Shown in pieces: positions 13,801-26,100 of a stretch of DNA of 64,000 nucleotides. Source of the DNA: Chrysomallon squamiferum (Eukaryota > Animalia > Mollusca); contig CM022671.1 of the NCBI GenBank assembly GCA_012295275.1, positions 25,358,001 to 25,422,000 of the forward strand, written 5' to 3'. Made by a program: the position numbers and the translations under genes. Numbering within the stretch: the first letter of the stretch is position 1; each line of letters opens with the position of its first letter. The notes under the pieces are model-generated. The model saw only the letters and a program-made list of their open reading frames with translations, was not told where the DNA came from and did no database searches.

Positions 13801-16800
13801 ATTTGTTTAATTCTCCAAATTATTTTTTTCCCATGTAAACTTTATTCAAGTATTTGGCAATATTATATAAAATTCTTACTTGGAAACCAATTGCCAATGT
13901 AATTAGACTGGAATAAACTATCTTTTAGTTAAGCTTTTGCAATTGAAAATAAATCACCAGTGAAATTACAATGTGGACTTTTTCAATAGATGTTTTCACT
14001 GTTTTTAACTGAAGGAGTGTAGCAATATTACCTCCATTATTTGCAAATATGATGATGTAACATCACTTACCTTTTCAGTCGTCTTCTTTCCTCATCTTCC
14101 ACTTTAGCTAAAGTTTCCTCTATTTCTGCCTCTTCATCACTGCTTTCCTCTACTTCTTCAGCTCTGTGCACAATAAAAATAACTTTTTATCAGACATACA
14201 GAATTTTAATCAAATTTCCATGATACATACAATAATAACAAGACAGATTTATGTATTTATCTGTACAACTTTTACATTTCACTCATACAACTATTACTAC
14301 ATGGTAAATGATGGTTGCACTTCATTTGTAAGAAAAAAGAAATTACAATTTTTCCAGTTCATCGTCTTCTTCACTGTATACATCCTTGATAATCTTTTTT
14401 CTCCAACTAAGGATGCTCCTGTAAAAAAAAAGAAAAAAAAGAAAAAAAAAAGAACATATTAATAAGAACAACATATTTATTTATTATCTTTAGAAATTAA
14501 AATATGAAAGGTTAACAAAATATTCCAGGTATCTGTTAAACTTTATTATTTAAACATTTCCTTCCCCATGCCAAAAAAACTAAAAAATGATTTAACCTAA
14601 CAATGTTTTTTTTTATAATAATATGCTAGGAAACAATGTTGCAAATAAACAGTTTTCTTTCATTAAACTTGACCAAGTATCTGTTCTGAACTAATGTTTT
14701 AATACAGATATTGTAATAATACATTTTCATATAAATGGCTATTATAGCAAAACTACTTAAAATCCGATTTTCATTAAACTCTAAAATCAAATGATTTTCT
14801 TGGTTCTGTGATTTAACAAGCATTATTACTTAGTCCTCTTTTCAAGAATTTTGTTGTTCTTTATCAGATTTCTTTCTTGTTGTTTTTTCCTGTTTTGTTT
14901 TTCAATGGATGAGCTATTATTTTCAAATAACAGGTAAATGATCTTTCCACTGACAGAGGAAAAAAATCAGTTGTGTAGTATTGGCTGGAACCAGAATACA
15001 GCCATTGAAAGCGATGAAAAGATTTAATGCTTGATCCCATTATTATGCCTGTGCACCAACTTGAGTACAGCTCATTCATGCAGGAATACAACTGTTTTAA
15101 TATAGTCGTCAATTCAATCAATACAAACCTGATTTCCTTCTTTCCAAGAACTTTGATATCTTTGAGGCATTCCTTTAATTCCTGTGTTGTGGCAGGGTGT
15201 TCAACAACCTTAGGTTCATCTAGAACAATCTGTAGAAAATTGTAAATTGAGAGGAAAAACAAACATAATCTGGATAGCAGAGCCATCTTATATTTAAGGT
15301 ATTAAAGTTGATAATGGCCTAAATCTATTCACGATCTTCATGTTTTGTCTCAAATGTGTGCAGATCTCTCTATATAATGAGAATACTTGTCTTTTATAGG
15401 ATGACATCAAATTTTATTGGATGACACACACATAAATATCTTTTTAAGCATTAGACAGTTATTCAAAACTTGAATTCAGTGCACAGTTTACCTTCACTCA
15501 GTTCAGTCAATGTTACAATTATGACTACAAACTTCAAATATAAACAGCTTCACATTAACAATTATATGTTGGTGTTTTTTTTGGAGGGGATGTTAAATTA
15601 AAAAAATAATTAAAATTAAAAATGTAATAACTAAAAGAAATAATTCAATTTATTTACTGGATTATTAATATTAACATTTTAGTTATATCAAGCAAATTTT
15701 ATATGTTTTTTCTTTAATGCTGTCATTTAATAAAAAATGTTATTACAAACCTCTGAAGCATTAGCTAGTAGATCTATGAAATTTTCACTTTCCATAAACT
15801 TGGACACTTTGAGTGTATGAAACAGAGTGTAATCTCCTTCAGGATAACCCTCTCTATGTCTGAAATAATAAATATTTAAGTTCTATGACAATAGCAAAGA
15901 GCTCATTTCCGAGAATTTTTTTTTCATCTTTTCCTTTTTGTTCCCTCTTTTTTCAGATGCAAAAATGTGATTCAGAAAAATAGATTATAATTTCATTATT
16001 AATTAGATATTTTTATTTCCGTAAACTCAGTTTTTATCAAGTTTTTTTTTTTTTCATGGACTGCTTATGGTAAAAATAATTAAGGTAAAACAAAAGAGGT
16101 AATCTGAACATCAATACATCATTCCCTTTCTAATGAAACTGTTTTATTTTACTGCATCTGAAACTCTATTTTCTCCTCCAACTACACCACAAAACAAAGA
16201 ATTTTTATGTGCAGTGCAATTGTCCATTAAATGAAAAACCAGAGGAACTGAAAACTGAATATGTTTATCATCACCTAAGCAATTCACATTTCCAACAAGA
16301 GATCATATTGCCAAATTATTAATCACTGAAGTAGTAAAATGAACTAACCTTCTTTTTTTCTCAGGGTGAATAAGATCAATGCCCATATTGACTGGCTCAT
16401 CTTCATTTACTTCTTTAAACACAAATTTCGGGTTCAGAAATTTTGGATCGATTTTATCAGGTGCTGTGAAACCCTGGCACACGACAAATATTTCTGCCGA
16501 TTCATTTCTCGACGCCTTGGGTTTTGTGGCATGAACATTTCGAAACAGCTGCTGGAAAACCCACAACAAGGCGAAATAGTCTTTGGAACGGAAAACCTTT
16601 GACACAAACCATCCTCCTTTTTTCAGGAAATCTGTCGCCAGGCGTAAGGCATGCAGTGTCAGTTCAACTAAAATAAAATAAAATATATAGAACATTAAAG
16701 AAACTGCTGCAGAAATTATATCACGATTTCATTAAGGATATTTATCTCTCTAGGATAACTTTAATTCTTTTAAAAATGATATTTAGATAATCAACATTTT

Positions 16801-19101
16801 CACCATTTCTACAAAAATAATTAAATTATGTTAACTTCAAGAAAATAATTTCATAATATAGTTACATTATATTCTTTGTCTATATTTTCTTTTTGTCAAC
16901 ATCCCCACCCCCCCAAAAAAGGATAATAATAATAATGAATAAAGAAATTAAAAAAATGAAAATTTAAAAATAAAAATAAGTTTATAAAACTGCAGTTGTG
17001 AAAATAACAGACTAAAGAAAATTTAAAAAACAACAACAAAAAAAAAAAACATTTGTTTTATCCCATTTCTTTCTACAGAATTATTTGAAGGAAACAAAAT
17101 CTAACAAGATTTTTAACAAAATTACCCTGTTGATAAGCATCATGTAGCCAGTTCTTGCCAACATTGGGAGCTCCGTCATGAAGGAAACCATCAGCTTTCC
17201 ATGTTTTCAACTCTTGTCGCAATCTCTGATGAAACAAAAATTAAATACTGACTGGTGCTGATTCAATGGTGCCACAGTTGTACAAATAACAAGATTAATT
17301 TAATAGAAAAAGCTGAAAACCTCACTGATCTTGAACTCCCTCAAAACCAAACTATGTCTGTGATCTCATGAAATATCAAGCACCTAAATTTCAAACTTCA
17401 TTAAACTGAACATGCACCCCAAAATTAACTTTTCATCTGTTCCAAACACTGTCCAGTTTTGAGAAGTTTCAATCAGGATAATCAGTGTAATGTAAGAAAT
17501 TAAGTTATCTAATATGTCCTGGTATATTCATTTTCTTCATATCCAGTAATTAAAAGAATTTTTAAAAATGTATTTAATATTAGCATATACATTACAAATA
17601 ATTTCTGTCCTTTAACATTAAACTATATACTTGTAAATTCAAATACAACTTTAATACTTCCTGCTATTTAGTTTTTATGACTGATGTTCATTTGAGTAAA
17701 TGAATTTAACATTAAATATTACCTGTCGACATTTGTCTGTGGTAATATCTTCTTGGAGTGTGATACAATTATGGACTGGCCGAATACTGACCAAATCAAC
17801 TCCTGAAAGTTAAAGTCAGTTAAAAAATACAGACAGATTGATGATAAACATTTTTGTTAATTAAACACTTGATGAAAGAAAACATAGCCGAAAAAAACAG
17901 TTTAAAAGAATTTAAATATAAAAAAGATATTTATACATATATAAATATGTATAAAAGTACATTTCAGTGTTCCTCTGAAGCAACAAGCATCTAACTAAGT
18001 TATTTTCTTGATGAAGAAAAAATACTCTGATGTTCATTATGAAAAAAACGATGTTTTAAATCATGGTAATAGTTTAATTTTAGAGCTAGTGATTTCTCTG
18101 TACAAACCTATTATGAGACTGGACACTGGGGTGTTTTCTGCGACTACCTGAAGCCAGCCTCCTGGAGCAGCACACAGATCTACAACTACTCGAGACTTCT
18201 GAAGAAACTCAAACTTTCTGTTCAGCTGAATCAGCTTAAAAGCTGCTCGGGATCTATAACCTAAAGAATAACACAGCATGATAATTAGCTTGAAATAATA
18301 CTGAGTTATTAAGCCTTTCTAAATGACATATTCTATTTTACTATTTAGTGCTTCTTGAACTTGTAGGTGGTTATAAAAATAAAAAATTTAAATTTAAAAA
18401 AAAATATTTTAAAAGAAAGAGGAGAATATAGCTGCAAGAAGAGTATGAGAACAAAACTTAGTCTTTGACCTTTGACTGATTCACATTCTGATTCCAATTG
18501 TCTTAATATTCTTATATTGTTAAAATTGTAAGGATCTGCAAATCTGTATATTTATGTTTGTACATTTATATTAATTATGCTACTTAATTTGTTACTAATT
18601 CCCATTTGACATTTAATTGATACGACAAGAAAAGCATCTGCTATGTCATTCATAATTAAAGATAATAATAATAATCTAAAAAAATCCTTAATAAGTAAGT
18701 TATTAATAAATATTAATATCACATAATATGATAATGTTTCATAATTTTCTGATGATATGCATGCAATAAAATAGCTCAGTTGAATTCTTTGGGGATTTGG
18801 TGTTTTTAAAACATGTTTTATTTATTATTAATATGAAATATATTTATTTCAATATCTTTGTAAGATGAATAATAATAATAAATATAATATATCCAAAATT
18901 CAAAGGCGCACGCTCTGACACAAACACTTTTATAGAGGCAGAAATATTCGGTCTAACTATTAGTGTCAGTGTCGGCTGAGACGAATTTCAAACTGTTATG
19001 TCTTAGACGTAATCATTTCCATAACTATTAACTCCATAAGTTACTTTAGAAGTTTAGTCAGTTTAGAATCTTATTTGGAGCCGAATTTGTTGCAATTTAT
19101 C

Positions 19102-19136
<35 letters not shown>

Positions 19137-19207
19137 TTACCCGTTTCTTTTGCAAGTTGATAAAACTTGTCTTTTCGAGCTTTTCCAACTTTGGATTTTT
19201 TCCCCAT
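4818..19207 (-). CDS. FTSJ3: Pre-rRNA 2'-O-ribose methyltransferase FTSJ3/Spb1, 19 exons, about 837 aa
   Basis: Exons (+ coordinates): 19141-19207, 18108-18260, 17723-17802, 17126-17225, 16349-16667, 15751-15859, 15129-15229, 14347-14418, 14071-14163, 13404-13539, 12604-12827, 11610-11706, 11178-11271, 10743-11018, 10237-10330, 9841-9925, 9246-9338, 5629-5723, 4818-5043. They sum to 2514 nt with consistent phases. Motifs [80 protein letters not shown] and [13 protein letters not shown]. Confidence 0.97.
12083..12555. mobile_element. Non-autonomous DNA transposon (MITE), Tc1/mariner superfamily, pogo/Tigger-like, 473 bp, in an FTSJ3 intron
   Basis: Left end CAGTATTCCCTCGCTATTCGCGG; reverse complement of the right end CAGTATACCCTCACCTGTTCGCGG. 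TA flanks both sides (12081-82 and 12556-57). Subterminal CCGCGAA repeats, CpG-rich relative to the flanks, no transposase ORF. Confidence 0.88.
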
Positions 19208-19420
19208 ATTAATTAAATAAGATGTTTAACTCTAAATAATATTTATCATAACACAACACGTGTTGTTTTCATTTACTCCTTCTCGCGGAAAACGTCACAA
19301 AATTAGAATATCCGGTCTACGAGTTTACATAAATCGATGACGTAGAGCACGTGAAATGTCGAATTGCAGGTCCACATGGAAGAAGGCGCATTTGTTTCAT
19401 TGAATACTCAATAATTTAGC
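19208..19420. promoter_or_regulatory. Shared (bidirectional) promoter region of FTSJ3 and eIF3c
   Basis: CpG-enriched patch directly upstream of the FTSJ3 ATG, with E-boxes CACGTG at 19257-62 and 19348-53 and a CRE half-site TGACGT at 19338-43. The eIF3c ATG at 20330 follows a poly-T acceptor, which implies a non-coding first exon upstream (not located exactly). Confidence 0.6.
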
Positions 19421-20329
19421 ATTTAAGAAGATTGCTTTTTTATTTTGCAAATTGGATATATAACACAAGTCAGTTTTATTTTTATCTTTCTATTAATATG
19501 ATAATTTTAGCTTTCCGATTCTGTTAAGTTTTGACCATATTGCCTAACATTGTTATGATTGTAACTTTAATTTTTATGTAACAAACTTTGAAACTAAAAA
19601 AGCCAAAAAAATTTTAAGAATGAAAGTTTAATTAGAGTCTGAGCAGATTTTAGACTTCCCTAGTATTAAGTTTTTTGGATCAATTATTTCTGCGAGAAAA
19701 CTTCCCCGAAAGATACTGTTCAAGCTTAGTTGAAAATACTTAATAGATAAGAGAACTGCCATATTGTATAGATGTATATGATTATTATTATTATTATTAT
19801 TATTAGAAAGTATATAATGATAGCCCGATACGGCAATGGTGTAGGTAGTACTAGTGTTAATAGTAGGTAGGCTGCACTAGCAGTATACTGATGTCCATAA
19901 TCTAAATCTGTTAATAAGTGTATATATTACTTATTAGCATCAGTTTTATCTGTATATTTTATTATTTAGTGATAAAGGAACAGAATATGTAATTTATCTA
20001 GGATTTGTGGGAAATTATGCTGTTTACAGTGATTTCAGCCAGCATTTAATTTTATCCACTTGCATCATCTTCATTTATTATTATGTGAATACATAATGAA
20101 TTCATTACATGCATTTTCATGTAATTTCTTTGTTATAATGTACACCTACTCTGTGTTTCAGGTTTTGTAGAAATAAATGATAAATTATATACAGTAACTG
20201 TATTATTATTGTTAACACATCTGAAACAAAAAGTGAAAACGTATTCTTGATATTGCTATTTTCATTAATGCCCATATTTTTGGATGTCAAAATGATGAAG
20301 ACTTTTTTTTTTTTTTTTTAAGATAGAAA

Positions 20330-23243
20330 ATGTCTAGGTTCTTTCATGCAGGCTCTGATTCAGAGAGTGAAAGTGATTCCAGTGTTGAAGAACTGCAGCC
20401 TCATCGTCCAGCTGCAGCAAGGTATGTTTATCTGTTTTATTCTCATAACTTCATTAATTCTTATGCTATAGTTGTGTAACACTTCAGAAATAAAATTAAT
20501 ATAAGATTTTGCCTTTAAATAATTTCTCATTTACATAGTTGAAATATTTATTTACTTTTATTATTAATTTGTTTTCCCCAGGGCATACACTTTCAGTGAT
20601 GATGAAGAAGACACTAAAAGAATTGTGAGAAGTGAAAAAGACAAAAGGTAAGAAGTATCCGTGTTTTTCTTTTTCAGTAAGAGGTTTAAGTAAGACAGAT
20701 ATTACATATTTTCTAGTTGTTGTTTTTTTTGTTTTGTTTTTTAAATTTAAATATGGAAATCACAGCATATAATTCATGTACAGATTAGTAAAAATTCTTG
20801 AATTTTCTAATTTCTGTCTTAAATTTTATTTGCTAACCTATAAAACATAGAAAATTTAAATTATTTCATTAAATTTTTTTTTTTAATTATTATTATTACA
20901 TTTTGTTTTTGGAGATTTTCATTATAAAAAAAAATTGTCCTATTATTTTTGATTACAGATATGATGACATTCGTACAATTATCAAACAGATGAAAAATCA
21001 TAAGAACATCAAAGATATGCCAAAAGTTCTTACAGGTGATTTTTTATTTTACTGACTTTATAATAAGAATGGCTTTATATAAAGAACAAAAATGTGAAAG
21101 GATAAAACTTTCTTTTTAAAGTTTATCTTTTGTGAAGAAAGCATGTATATTTTATCCTTTGTACTCTTTCTTTAAATTAATTCCTGTGAATGCCTTTGCT
21201 GAAACATCCGTCATATTGCTTATGGTTATGCTTCTTAAGGATACTTTTATTATAACCCTGTTATTTTGTTTTTCTTTAATGATTAGAAAAGATTAATATA
21301 TTAACTGGTTACAGAATTTTAATTTGTTATTTTCTATAATGTTCTGATTTATATTTTAGATTTTGAAGCATTAGGAAAAGCTTATGAAAAAGCTCGAAAA
21401 GTTGTTGACAAAGAAGGCATCCCTAGATTTTTTCTTCAGTGTCTTTGTGAATTAGAGTACTTTGTAAATGAGGTAAGTTTAATTTTTAATCAATTTGTTA
21501 ACGTCATCTGTTGTATTAAGGTCATGTTAACAATTATAAGCTTTATATTTATCTAAAACTTTATAATGCTTATTTTACACAGACAGCTGAACATAATGAT
21601 AATTGTGCAGGATAAAAATATTTTTACAAAGTATCTATTTTTCTTAACTTAACCATTTCACAACTAAATGATAAAAAGATTTAACTATGAAAGAAGCGGG
21701 CAATACCTTAGATATCATGTTAGATCACTGAAAGTATAATGTGATACACTGAAGATTGTAGTTAACGTACTTCATACAGAAACTTGCCAAAAAACAACTG
21801 ATTTCATATTAGTGCATTGTGTTTTATTTTTACAGTGCTGGGAGGACAGGGAATGGAGAAAACAAATCAGCAAAAACAACTCCAAAGGTCTGACATCTCT
21901 GAGACAGAAGCTGAAGAAGTATAATCGTGAATTTGAAACGGAACTGGCAAATTATAGAGAGAACCCTGATGAAGAGGATGAGGAGAAAGAAACTGCTCCA
22001 GATGAAGAACATGTTGAGAAACATGAAGCTGCTGATAAACCCGACGTGGTCATCAAGAAGGAAGTAAAAGCAGCCAAGGAAACTGCGGTAATATATGTTT
22101 TACAATAATGATGTTTATAAATACCCTGGTCTCTTACTGTAACTTCATTTCTTTCAGTGACAGAATTTATCAAGATATATATTTAGGTTGTTAAAATGTT
22201 TTTCATAGGCATTTTCTCAGCATCTTTTCTTCCTGACTGTAAAGGATTTCAAACTGAATCTTGAATAGCAGTTCAAAATAAAATTCTTGATTATCAGTAT
22301 ACCTGTATCTATGTATGTATGTATGTATGTGAATTTCTTTCAGTGAATTGTTTATAAATAGATATTCCTACTACTTCAGATTATTTCATACTGGATCCTG
22401 TAGCAGATAAACTGTTCTTTGATAAGTACCAATTATGAATCAAGAATGAAAAATGAAAATTGTTTTTCAAAAGTATGTCCTGAATCAGTACGGGTATAAC
22501 AGCAGTAACTTTCTTTTACATACTGATTGATAAATGTAACATCTGTTACTTCAGGGATCTGATAATGAAGGCGATGAGAGCGATGACAGTGAATTCTGGG
22601 GATCTTCATCATCAGAAACAGAATCTGAGTCTGAGGATGAGCATCCAGAGGGTGGCAGACTGACAGCAGAATATTTCTTGAAAAAGTAAGCCTTTCATTA
22701 TATCAAAATACACCAGTGTTTTGAGAAATTGCTTTATTCAGTGACTCAGTGTATATGAAAATTAATATTAAGTGATCAAACTACTGGTATTGTACTTGAA
22801 CTCATTTGGTTATATATAAAAGTTTTTCGTTTCTTAAATATTTATTTATTTATTTATTTATTTATCATTATTATTATTAAAATTATTATTATTTTAATGT
22901 TGCCTTTGAAATAAATGTTCTTCACATTTTTTTCATTTTCGCATAAGAAATTTAATAGTTAGAAATTTAATAATTTAAGAGTTAGCAATCATTTTCTTAA
23001 TAACTAAGATAGTTTGAAAATGAGGTAGAAAACTAATTTTAAAAATTATTTTAGAACAACAGAGGCTGAAAGTCAGAGGAGAGAGGAACGCAAGAAGGAG
23101 AGAAAGAGGGAGAAAGAAATGAAGAAGAAGGCAAAGGAGGAAGAAGAAGGAGAATGGGAGGAAGTCAAAGGAGGAGCTCCGCTTGTAGTGGTAAATCTTT
23201 CCTTAAATTCTTTAGGTTTTTTTTTGGGGGGGGGTTGGATTTA

Positions 23244-23279
<36 letters not shown>

Positions 23280-26055
23280 CACATTTTGAAAGGTAAAGAG
23301 GCTTAAACATTTCTTTTGTAACTTCAGTTATCATTGTCTTTATTAGATTTATTAATCTTTACGTTCTGTTATTTCATTTTCAGGAGAAGCCCAAAATGTT
23401 CAGCAAGGAGCAGGAGATTAACCACGAAGCTGTGATGAAGAAACTGTTTGAGATCATCTCTGCTCGTGGTAAGAAAGGAACAGACAGATCTGAGCAGATA
23501 GAATTGCTGAAGGAATTGAAATCAGTAGCAGAAACGGCCAACCTTGGTCCTGCTATTGCTGTGAAAATCATGTTCAACATCATGGCTGCCATCTTTGATT
23601 ACAACCCAAACATAGCAACTTGCATGAGGAATGAGATGTGGACTTAGTGAGTAAATTCAGTTGTTGATTCTGAAAATGTTTTTCTTAGGATGAACATAAC
23701 ATTTTGACTTTAATGAATGACAACAAATTATAATTTCATTACTTAAAAAAAAAAAAAATTAACACTAATTTTTACATTTTCTCGTTTGCAAGTTTTTAGA
23801 GAAACAAGACATAAAGCATTGGATGCTTTGTATCTTATCAGACATATACGGTATCTGTAAAACAGATTTCTTAAACTTTTTTTTTTATCATTTTATTTTT
23901 TGATAAACATTTATAAATCTGGATTACATCTGTGTGAATTATTATTGGTAAAATAGTGTACAAATGTTGTGAAACTTTAATTAATTGTTAATCATGTCTT
24001 TGTTGTTTATTTTAGCTGTATGAATGCGATGAAAGAACTGCTTGACTTGTTGATAAACAACCCAGACATCACTGTTGGAGAACACATTGCAGATGACAGT
24101 GAAAATGTTGAGGTATGTGTCAGATAAACTACTAATTTAGACTGGAGGTACATTTCATTAGCTGACATAGCTGTAATAGATTATGATAATATTTATATGT
24201 TTTTAGTTAACTGTTCTCAAAGTTGCAGTTAATGAATACATTTTTAGATGTTTCAGTAGCTTTATAAGAGTATTCTTTTCACAGTGATTTTTGAAATGTT
24301 TGACAAATATTTTCTTCATCACATATTTAAACATCTATTTAAAGAGAATGATTTGATAACACAACACTTTAGATGTTAATGAACAAATTATTCTAGATCT
24401 CACCATTTGGTGATATATTTTTTTTTAATGAGAAAATTATCTTAGACGTCCCAATTTTGTGATTTTTTAAATGAGTGAATTAGTTAAGACTTTGCCATTT
24501 TGTGATACTTAATGAGTGTATTATTTAAGGCTTTACCATTTTGTGATACTTAATAAATAAATTAACTTCAGACTTCACCTTACCGAGTGCGAGGCTGTGT
24601 TCTGACCACGCTGGAGAGAATGGATGAAGAGTTTACAAAGATGCTGCAGGGCTGTGATGCACACAGCACCGAATATGTAGACAGGTAGCTGATTCAAAAA
24701 CACTGACTAGTGAACTGAATCTGTAAACTGTAGGACAGATAAAATTCATTGAATATTGACAAAATTAATTAATTCTGAAAACTGTTTAATACAGAAAACA
24801 GATAATGTGGATTACTGTTATAAAAGTAAAATGCTGCCCACTTATATGTTCTGCCGTGATGGTTGATAATTTTCACATATAAGAACAGAGTGCATCATAG
24901 ACATACAGTGCCTACATGATAATATGTAGAGAGTCAGGTAGCATACATTTATGATTATAATGATAAAAAACATGAATGAAAATCTGTTTTAACACTTAAT
25001 CTGCAGAAAATTATAACTGATAATCAAAAGTGACTTACATTTCCTCCTTTTGGAAAAAATAAAAGATGATGACGAAGAAAGATGTATTTGTTAAATTATG
25101 TGTTAATAACCATTCCTTTTTTATTGTAATGCTGTATCTGGTTATTTCATTGCTTCAGAGGTAGACAGTAACAGATTCAGAAAATCCCATTTTTATTTTC
25201 AGGTTACAAGATGAATATGAAATAAATGACATGACCAAACGACTTCAGGTTTATCTTGAACAGAGAGGCACATCAGAAGAATTGTGTCGTATTTATCTGA
25301 GAAGAATTGAACACATATATTACAAGGTAAATGTGATAACGTAATGGCTTGAAATACTTTTGTATGGTAATGCAGGTATGACCTTACATTAGATTAAAAT
25401 AATGTTACCTGAATGAGTGTTATAACCTGACAGACTAATTATTGTCAGGTGAAGTTCATTTGTGTTTATTTTTGTGATGGCTACTGAGAGTAAATTGTCT
25501 TTTGTGGAACAACTTTGTCTGTTCTGCATATTCATGATTAAACGTAACAGGTTTCTGAAATGTGTTGTTAGTGTTATTTCTCATCATGTATTTGTTATAA
25601 TGTACAAGGTAAGGTATTTAAATTTATTATTGTGTTCTGAGCCAGTTCCTTTTTTGATTTTACGTCACTTCATAAAACAATGTAATTGAGATTTTAAATC
25701 CTGAAGGCATTTTTTAAAAATAATTGGCAAATATGTCAATTTTCTGTTATGTGCATTGTGAACATCATCTGTATTCAGTCATTTGCTCTCCGTAAAGATA
25801 AATAGATACTTCATTTTAATGCACAATTTATTCATTTGATGTTATGTTTACTTCAATATATTTTTAAATCTAAACAGTGATGTCTACAGCTATTAGTCAT
25901 TTGATTATTATTAGTTAAAGTAGAATTTTATAATTGTTATTCCTAGTATCTTGAAGTATTTTATTTAATTGATAGTACAAAAGATTTCTTAAATTTCAGT
26001 TTGACCACAGATGCTTTGAACCAGAAAAAGCGGTATGACTTAAAATTCATTTATT

Positions 26056-26100
<45 letters not shown>

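Noticed and set aside
14962-15085. Possible H/ACA snoRNA in an FTSJ3 intron (TGGCTG/CAGCCA hairpin followed by ACA)
   Set aside because: No properly placed H box, and the stem-to-ACA distance is too short.
14864-15286. 140-aa minus-strand ORF as an independent gene
   Set aside because: Only 15129-15229 is coding (an FTSJ3 exon). The rest is intron read-through.
25350-25465. Two-hairpin structure with AGATTA in an eIF3c intron
   Set aside because: No ACA box after the second hairpin.
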